NCBI GenBank assembly: GCA_964057225.1
Contig: OZ059895.1
Coordinates: forward strand, 2,852,001 to 2,916,000
Reading direction: 5' to 3'
Length of the DNA stretch: 64,000 bases
From: Auanema rhodensis
Lineage: Eukaryota > Animalia > Nematoda
Position numbers and translations under genes: made by a program. Shown here one piece after another: positions 55,242-64,000 of this stretch. Each line of letters opens with the position of its first letter. Within the stretch, counting starts at the first letter, position 1. The notes beneath the pieces are model-generated. The model had not been told where the DNA came from, did not search any database, and was given only the letters and a program-made list of their open reading frames with translations.

Positions 55242-58200
55242 GTACACCCATAAATTATACGCAGCACAGGTTACCCTTAAATAATGAACTGACCGACTAA
55301 TCAGACATGGATCTTTCCTAGTTCTGTTGCTTGAATGGATGTTTTCCTACGTAGGCTAGTAAAACATGCCCTTCAAAGCATCAGAACATGTGATCACATT
55401 CCAATATTTTTGTATCTATCTTGTAAAGATAGTAATATATCATATGTTGAACACTATGTTGGAAAGATTTTAATTCAGATTTTCTAACTTTTATTCAGTT
55501 TGTTTTTTAAACTTTGATTAAGAACTTTGATTTTTGTACACCCATAAATTATACGCAGCACAGGTTACCCTTGAATAATGAACTGACCGACTAATCAGAC
55601 ATGGATCTTTCCTAGTTCTGTTGCTTGAATGGATGTTTTCCTACGTAGGCTAGTAAAACATGCCCTTCAAAGCATCAGAACATGTGATCACATTCCAATT
55701 TTTTTGTATCTATCTTGTAAAGATAGTAATAAACTTTGATTTTTGTACACCCATAAATTATACGCAGCACCGGTTACCCTTAAATAATGAACTGACCGAC
55801 TAATCAGACATGGATCTTTCCTAGTTCTGTTGCTTGAATGGATGTTTTCCTACGTAGGCTAGTAAAACATGCCCTTCAAAGCATCAGAACATGTGATCAC
55901 ATTCCAATATTTTTGTATCTATCTTGTAAAGATAGTAATATATCATATGTTGAACACTATGTTGGAAAGATTTTAATTCAGATTTTTTCAACTTTCACTC
56001 AGTTTGTTTTCTAAACTTTGATTAAGAACCTTGAGTTTTGTACACCCATAAATTATACGCAGCACAGGTTACCCTTAAATAATGAACTGACCGACTAATC
56101 AGACATGGATCTTTCCAAGTTCTGTTGCTTGAACGGATGTTTTCCTACGTAGGCTAGTAAAACATGCCCTTCAAAGCATCAGAACATGTGATCACATTCC
56201 AATTTTTTTGTATCTATCTTGTAAAGATAGTAATAAACTTTGATTTTTGTACACCCATAAATTATACGCAGCACAGGTTACCCTTAAATAATGAACTGAC
56301 CGACTAATCAGACATGGATCTTTCCAAGTTCTGTTGCTTGAACGGATGTTTTCCTACGTAGGCTAGTAAAACATGCCCTTCAAAGCATCAGAACATGTGA
56401 TCACATTTCAATTTTTTTGTATCTATCTTGTAAAGATAGTAATATATCATATGTTGAACACTATGTTGGAAAGATTTTAATTCAGATTTTTTCAACTTTC
56501 ACTCAGTTTGTTTTCTAAACTTTGATTAAGAACCTTGTTGTTTGTACACCCATAAAATATACGCAGCACAGGTTACCCTTAAATAATGAACTGACCGTCT
56601 AATCAGACATGGATCTTCCCAAGTTCTGTTGCTTGAATGGATGTTTTCCTACGTAGGCTAGTAAAACATGCCCTTCAAAGCATCAGAACATGTGATCACA
56701 TTCCAATTTTTTTGTATCTATCTTGTAAAGATAGTAATATATCATATGTTGAACACTATGTTGGAAAGATTTTAATTCGGTTTTTTTTCAACTTTCACTC
56801 AGTTTGTTTTCTTAACTTTGATTAAGAACCTTGAGTTTTGTACACCCATAAATTATACGCAGCACAGGTTACCCTTAAATAATGAACTGACCGACTAATC
56901 AGACATGGATCTTTCCTAGTTCTGTTGCTTGAATGGATGTTTTCCTACGTAGGCTAGTAAAACATGCCCTTCAAAGCATCAGAACATGTGATCACATTCC
57001 AATATTTTTGTATCTATCTTGTAAAGATAGTAATATATCATATGTTGAACACTATGTTGGAAAGATTTTAATTCAGATTTTTTCAACTTTCACTCAGTTT
57101 GTTTTCTAAACTTTGATTAAGAACCTTGAGTTTTGTACACCCATGAATTATACGCAGCACAGGTTACCCTTAAATAATGAACTGACCGACTAATCAGACA
57201 TGGATCTTTCCTAGTTCTGTTGCTTGAATGGATGTTTTCCTACGTAGGCTAGTAAAACATGCCCTTCAAAGCATCAGAACATGTGATCACATTCCAATTT
57301 TTTTGTATCTATCTTGTAAAGATAGTAATTATATCATATGTTGAACACTATGTTGGAAAGATTTTAATTCAGATTTTCTAACTTTTATTCAGTTTGTTTT
57401 TTAAACTTTGATTAAGAACTTTGATTTTCGTACACCCATAAATTATACGCAGCACAGGTTACCCTTAAATAATGAACTGACCGACTAATCAGACATGGAT
57501 CTTTCCTAGTTCTGTTGCTTGAATGGATGTTTTCCTACGTAGGCTAGTAAAACATGCCCTTCAAAGCATCAGAACATGTGATCACATTCCAATTTTTTTG
57601 GAGCTATCTTGTAAAGATAGTAATATATCATATGTTGAACACTATGTTGGAAAGATTTTAATTCAGATTTACGAACTTTTATTCAGTTTGTTTTTTAAAC
57701 TTTGATTAAGAACTTTGATTTTTGTACACCCATAAATTATACGCAGCACAGGTTACCCTTAAATAATGAACTGACCGACTAATCAGACATGGATCTTTCC
57801 AAGTTCTGTTGCTTGAATGGATGTTTTCCTACGTAGGCTAGTAAAACATGCCATTCAAAGCATCAGAACATGTGACCACATTCCAATTTTTTTGTATCTA
57901 TCTTGTAAAGATAGTAATATATCATATGTTGAACACTATGTTGGAAAGATTTTAATTCAGATTTTCTAACTTTTATTCAGTTTGTTTTTTAAACTTTGAT
58001 TAAGAACTTTGATTTTTGTACACCCATAAATTATACGCAGCACAGGTTACCCTTAAATAATGAACTGACCGACTAATCAGACATGGATCTTTCCTAGTTC
58101 TGTTGATTGAATGGATGTTTTCCTACGTAGGCTAGTAAAACATGCCCTTCAAAGCATCAGAACATGTGATCACATTCCAATTTTTTTGTATCTATCTTGT

Positions 58201-61200
58201 AAAGATAGTAATATATCATATGTTGAACACTATGTTGGAAAGATTTTAATTCAGATTTTTTCAACTTTCACTCAGTTTGTTTTCTAAACTTTGATTAAGA
58301 ACCTTGAGTTTTGTACACCCATAAAATATACGCAGCACAGGTTACCCTTAAATAATGAACTGACTGTCTAATCAGACATGGATCTTCCCCAGTTCTGTTG
58401 CTTGAATGGATGTTTTCCTACGTAGGCTAGTAAAACATGCCCTTCAAAGCATCAGAACATGTGATCACATTCCAATTTTTTTGTATCAATCTTGTAAAGA
58501 TAGTAATATATCATATGTTGAACACTATGTTGGAAAGATTTTAATTCAGATTTTCGAACTTTTATTCAGTTTGTTTTTTAAACTTTGATTAAGAACTTTG
58601 ATTTTTGTACACCCATAAATTATACGCAGCACAGGTTACCCTTAATTAATGAACTGACCGACTAATCAGACATGGATCTTTCCAAGTTCTGTTGCTTGAA
58701 CGGATGTTTTCCTACGTAGGCTAGTAAAACATGCCCTTCAAAGCATCAGAACATGTGATCACATTCCAATTTTTTTGTATCTATCTTGTAAAGATAGTAA
58801 TTATATCATATGTTGAACACTATGTTGGAAAGATTTTAATTCAGATTTTCTAACTTTTATTCAGTTTGTTTTTTAAACTTTGATTAAGAACTTTGATTTT
58901 CGTACACCCATAAATTATACGCAGCACAGGTTACCCTTAAATAATGAACTGACCGACTAATCAGACATGGATCTTTCCAAGTTCTGTTGCTTGAATGGAT
59001 GTTTTCCTACGTAGGCTAGTAAAACATGCCCTTCAAAGCATCAGAACATGTGACCACATTCCAATTTTTTTGTATCTATCTTGTAAAGATAGTAATATAT
59101 CATATGTTGAACACTATGTTGGAAAGATTTTAATTCGGTTTTTTTTCAACTTTCACTCAGTTTGTTTTCTTAACTTTGATTAAGAACCTTGAGTTTTGTA
59201 CACCCATAAATTATACGCAGCACAGGTTACCCTTAAATAATTAACTGACCGACTAATCAGACATGGATCTTTCCTAGTTCTGTTGCTTGAATGGATGTTT
59301 TCCTACGTAGGCTAGTAAAACATGCCCTTCAAAGCATCAGAACATGTGATCACATTCCAATATTTTTGTATCTATCTTGTAAAGATAGTAATATATCATA
59401 TGTTGAACACTATGTTGGAAAGATTTTAATTCGGTTTTTTTTCAACTTTCACTCAGTTTGTTTTCTTAACTTTGATTAAGAACCTTGAGTTTTGTACACC
59501 CATAAATTATACGCAGCACAGGTTACCCTTAAATAATGAACTGACCGACTAATCAGACATGGATCTTTCCTAGTTCTGTTGCTTGAATGGATGTTTTCCT
59601 ACGTAGGCTAGTAAAACATGCCCTTCAAAGCATCAGAACATGTGATCACATTCCAATTTTTTTGTATCTATCTTGTAAAGATAGTAATTATATCATATGT
59701 TGAACACTATGTTGGAAAGATTTTAATTCAGATTTTCTAACTTTTATTCAGTTTGTTTTTTAAACTTTGATTAAGAACTTTGATTTTCGTACACCCATAA
59801 ATTATACGCAACAAGGTTACCCTTAAATAATGAACTGACCGACTAATCAGACATGGATCTTTCCTAGTTCTGTTGCTTGAATGGATGTTTTCCTACGTAG
59901 GCTAGTAAAACATGCCCTTCAAAGCATCAGAACATGTGATCACATTCCAATATTTTTGTATCTATCTTGTAAAGATAGTAATATATCATATGTTGAACAC
60001 TATGTTGGAAAGATTTTAATTCAGATTTTCTAACTTTTATTCAGTTTGTTTTTTAAACTTTGATTAAGAACTTTGATTTTTGTACACCCCTAAATTATAC
60101 GCAGCACAGGTTACCCTTGAATAATGAACTGACCGACTAATCAGACATGGATCTTTCCTAGTTCTGTTGCTTGAATGGATGTTTTCCTACGTAGGCTAGT
60201 AAAACATGCCCTTCAAAGCATCAGAACATGTGATCACATTCCAATTTTTTTGTATCTATCTTGTAAAGATAGTAATAAACTTTGATTTTTGTACACCCAT
60301 AAATTATACGCAGCACCGGTTACCCTTAAATAATGAACTGACCGACTAATCAGACATGGATCTTTCCTAGTTCTGTTGCTTGAACGGATGTTTTCCTACG
60401 TAGGCTAGTAAAACATGCCCTTCAAAGCATCAGAACATGTGATCACATTCCAATTTTTTTGTATCTATCTTGTAAAGATAGTAATAAACTTTGATTTTTG
60501 TACACCCATAAATTATACGCAGCACAGGTTACCCTTAAATAATGAACTGACCGACTAATCAGACATGGATCTTTCCAAGTTCTGTTGCTTGAACGGATGT
60601 TTTCCTACGTAGGCTAGTAAAACATGCCCTTCAAAGCATCAGAACATGTGATCACATTTCAATTTTTTTGTATCTATCTTGTAAAGATAGTAATATATCA
60701 TATGTTGAACACTATGTTGGAAAGATTTTAATTCAGATTTTTTCAACTTTCACTCAGTTTGTTTTCTAAACTTTGATTAAGAACCTTGTTGTTTGTACAC
60801 CCATAAAATATACGCAGCACAGGTTACCCTTAAATAATGAACTGACCGTAATCAGACATGGATCTTCCCAAGTTCTGTTGCTATCTTGTAAAGATAGTAA
60901 TAAACTTTGATTTTTGTACACCCATAAATTATACGCAGCACAGGTTACCCTTAAATAATGAACTGACCGACTAATCAGACATGGATCTTTCCAAGTTCTG
61001 TTGCTTGAACGGATGTTTTCCTACGTAGGCTAGTAAAACATGCCCTTCAAAGCATCAGAACATGTGATCACATTTCAATTTTTTTGTATCTATCTTGTAA
61101 AGATAGTAATATATCATATGTTGAACACTATGTTGGAAAGATTTTAATTCAGATTTTTTCAACTTTCACTCAGTTTGTTTTCTAAACTTTGATTAAGAAC

Positions 61201-64000
61201 CTTGTTGTTTGTACACCCATAAAATATACGCAGCACAGGTTACCCTTAAATAATGAACTGACCGTCTAATCAGACATGGATCTTCCCAAGTTCTGTTGCT
61301 TGAATGGATGTTTTCCTACGTAGGCTAGTAAAACATGCCCTTCAAAGCATCAGAACATGTGATCACATTCCAATTTTTTTGTATCTATCTTGTAAAGATA
61401 GTAATATATCATATGTTGAACACTATGTTGGAAAGATTTTAATTCGGTTTTTTTTCAACTTTCACTCAGTTTGTTTTCTTAACTTTGATTAAGAACCTTG
61501 AGTTTTGTACACCCATAAATTATACGCAGCACAGGTTACCCTTAAATAATGAACTGACCGACTAATCAGACATGGATCTTTCCTAGTTCTGTTGCTTGAA
61601 TGGATGTTTTCCTACGTAGGCTAGTAAAACATGCCCTTCAAAGCATCAGAACATGTGATCACATTCCAATATTTTTGTATCTATCTTGTAAAGATAGTAA
61701 TATATCATATGTTGAACACTATGTTGGAAAGATTTTAATTCAGATTTTTTCAACTTTCACTCAGTTTGTTTTCTAAACTTTGATTAAGAACCTTGAGTTT
61801 TGTACACCCATGAATTATACGCAGCACAGGTTACCCTTAAATAATGAACTGACCGACTAATCAGACATGGATCTTTCCTAGTTCTGTTGCTTGAATGGAT
61901 GTTTTCCTACGTAGGCTAGTAAAACATGCCCTTCAAAGCATCAGAACATGTGATCACATTCCAATTTTTTTGTATCTATCTTGTAAAGATAGTAATTATA
62001 TCATATGTTGAACACTATGTTGGAAAGATTTTAATTCAGATTTTCTAACTTTTATTCAGTTTGTTTTTTAAACTTTGATTAAGAACTTTGATTTTCGTAC
62101 ACCCATAAATTATACGCAGCACAGGTTACCCTTAAATAATGAACTGACCGACTAATCAGACATGGATCTTTCCTAGTTCTGTTGCTTGAATGGATGTTTT
62201 CCTACGTAGGCTAGTAAAACATGCCCTTCAAAGCATCAGAACATGTGATCACATTCCAATATTTTTGTATCTATCTTGTAAAGATAGTAATATATCATAT
62301 GTTGAACACTATGTTGGAAAGATTTTAATTCAGATTTTCTAACTTTTATTCAGTTTGTTTTTTAAACTTTGATTAAGAACTTTGATTTTTGTACACCCAT
62401 AAATTATACGCAGCACAGGTTACCCTTGAATAATGAACTGACCGACTAATCAGACATGGATCTTTCCTAGTTCTGTTGCTTGAATGGATGTTTTCCTACG
62501 TAGGCTAGTAAAACATGCCCTTCAAAGCATCAGAACATGTGATCACATTCCAATTTTTTTGTATCTATCTTGTAAAGATAGTAATAAACTTTGATTTTTG
62601 TACACCCATAAATTATACGCAGCACCGGTTACCCTTAAATAATGAACTGACCGACTAATCAGACATGGATCTTTCCTAGTTCTGTTGCTTGAATGGATGT
62701 TTTCCTACGTAGGCTAGTAAAACATGCCCTTCAAAGCATCAGAACATGTGATCACATTCCAATATTTTTGTATCTATCTTGTAAAGATAGTAATATATCA
62801 TATGTTGAACACTATGTTGGAAAGATTTTAATTCAGATTTTTTCAACTTTCACTCAGTTTGTTTTCTAAACTTTGATTAAGAACCTTGAGTTTTGTACAC
62901 CCATAAATTATACGCAGCACAGGTTACCCTTAAATAATGAACTGACCGACTAATCAGACATGGATCTTTCCAAGTTCTGTTGCTTGAACGGATGTTTTCC
63001 TACGTAGGCTAGTAAAACATGCCCTTCAAAGCATCAGAACATGTGATCACATTCCAATTTTTTTGTATCTATCTTGTAAAGATAGTAATAAACTTTGATT
63101 TTTGTACACCCATAAATTATACGCAGCACAGGTTACCCTTAAATAATGAACTGACCGACTAATCAGACATGGATCTTTCCAAGTTCTGTTGCTTGAACGG
63201 ATGTTTTCCTACGTAGGCTAGTAAAACATGCCCTTCAAAGCATCAGAACATGTGATCACATTTCAATTTTTTTGTATCTATCTTGTAAAGATAGTAATAT
63301 ATCATATGTTGAACACTATGTTGGAAAGATTTTAATTCAGATTTTTTCAACTTTCACTCAGTTTGTTTTCTAAACTTTGATTAAGAACCTTGTTGTTTGT
63401 ACACCCATAAAATATACGCAGCACAGGTTACCCTTAAATAATGAACTGACCGTCTAATCAGACATGGATCTTCCCAAGTTCTGTTGCTTGAATGGATGTT
63501 TTCCTACGTAGGCTAGTAAAACATGCCCTTCAAAGCATCAGAACATGTGATCACATTCCAATTTTTTTGTATCTATCTTGTAAAGATAGTAATATATCAT
63601 ATGTTGAACACTATGTTGGAAAGATTTTAATTCGGTTTTTTTTCAACTTTCACTCAGTTTGTTTTCTTAACTTTGATTAAGAACCTTGAGTTTTGTACAC
63701 CCATAAATTATACGCAGCACAGGTTACCCTTAAATAATGAACTGACCGACTAATCAGACATGGATCTTTCCTAGTTCTGTTGCTTGAATGGATGTTTTCC
63801 TACGTAGGCTAGTAAAACATGCCCTTCAAAGCATCAGAACATGTGATCACATTCCAATATTTTTGTATCTATCTTGTAAAGATAGTAATATATCATATGT
63901 TGAACACTATGTTGGAAAGATTTTAATTCAGATTTTTTCAACTTTCACTCAGTTTGTTTTCTAAACTTTGATTAAGAACCTTGAGTTTTGTACACCCATG
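55242..64000 (+). repeat. 2188-bp 8-mer (A-S-B1-S-B2-C-B1-A+): copies at 55242-57429, rearranged 59789-62096, and 62097 to beyond the window end
   Basis: Markers CACCGGTT, CCATGAATT, tail C and GTAATTAT; ORFs 61304/63492 are 2188 bp apart. Confidence 0.88.
60795..60915 (+). repeat. Unique 121-bp truncated monomer lacking most of the large hairpin
   Basis: TTCTGTTG-CT-ATCTTGTAAAG junction at 60881-60882 (86 bp missing relative to S), plus a 2-bp loss in CCGT(CT)AATC. Confidence 0.95.

Larger units (their letters stand above)
1..64000. repeat. Tandem satellite-type array, 294/209-bp monomer family, head-to-tail, extending beyond both window edges
   Basis: GTACACCC anchor recurs at 30, 239, 533, 828, 1123, 1417, 1626, 1921, 2216, 2510 ... 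63990 with spacings of 209/210 or 293-296 bp (once 121). All copies are in the same orientation, differ by few SNPs, and have no intervening unique DNA. Confidence 0.99.

Noticed and set aside
332-63680. Nineteen 60-62 aa ORFs (MDVFLRRLVKHALQSIRTCDH...)
   Set aside because: They appear only where a SNP or frameshift removes the usual stop. Most monomers give 50, 58 or 36 codons, AACGG copies lack the ATG, frameshifting 1-bp indels are common, and no protein family is recognisable. Only Ribo-seq or proteomics could rescue a micropeptide.
1-64000. CRISPR array
   Set aside because: No unique spacers, the unit length is far too long, and there are no cas genes.
1-64000. Pure artefact (rolling-circle concatemer or collapsed single repeat)
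   Set aside because: Variants are linked, position-dependent and hierarchically duplicated, which random read errors would not produce. Local mis-assembly cannot be excluded.
1-64000. 5S rRNA, tRNA, snRNA or spliced-leader tandem gene array; telomeric repeat
   Set aside because: No recognisable conserved sequence of these RNAs and no short telomeric motif on either strand. An Rfam cmscan would confirm this.

Overview
The whole 64 kb window is one uninterrupted head-to-tail tandem (satellite-type) array of a single AT-rich monomer family (~31% GC by my count of one 294-bp unit). I found no credible protein-coding gene, tRNA, rRNA, transposon insertion, inversion or unique sequence. By eye there are roughly 230-235 monomers (phased at GTACACCC): long units of 293-296 bp with three tail types (A, B, C), about 56 short units of 209/210 bp that lack the same 85-bp segment, and one 121-bp unit. 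Diagnostic SNPs group monomers into local higher-order repeats (588, 1092, 1180, 1300, 1596, 2186, 2188, 2480 and 2689 bp). They also define a layered pattern in which both ends of the window share variants that the centre largely lacks. The most notable feature is a 67-nt bulged foldback of about 26 bp, shaped like a pre-miRNA, in the conserved head of every long and short monomer. The array could therefore be a small-RNA hairpin mega-cluster or a cruciform-rich centromere-type satellite; sequence alone cannot decide this. The organism and repeat family are not recognised, and the 60-62 aa ORFs look like by-products of the repeat.
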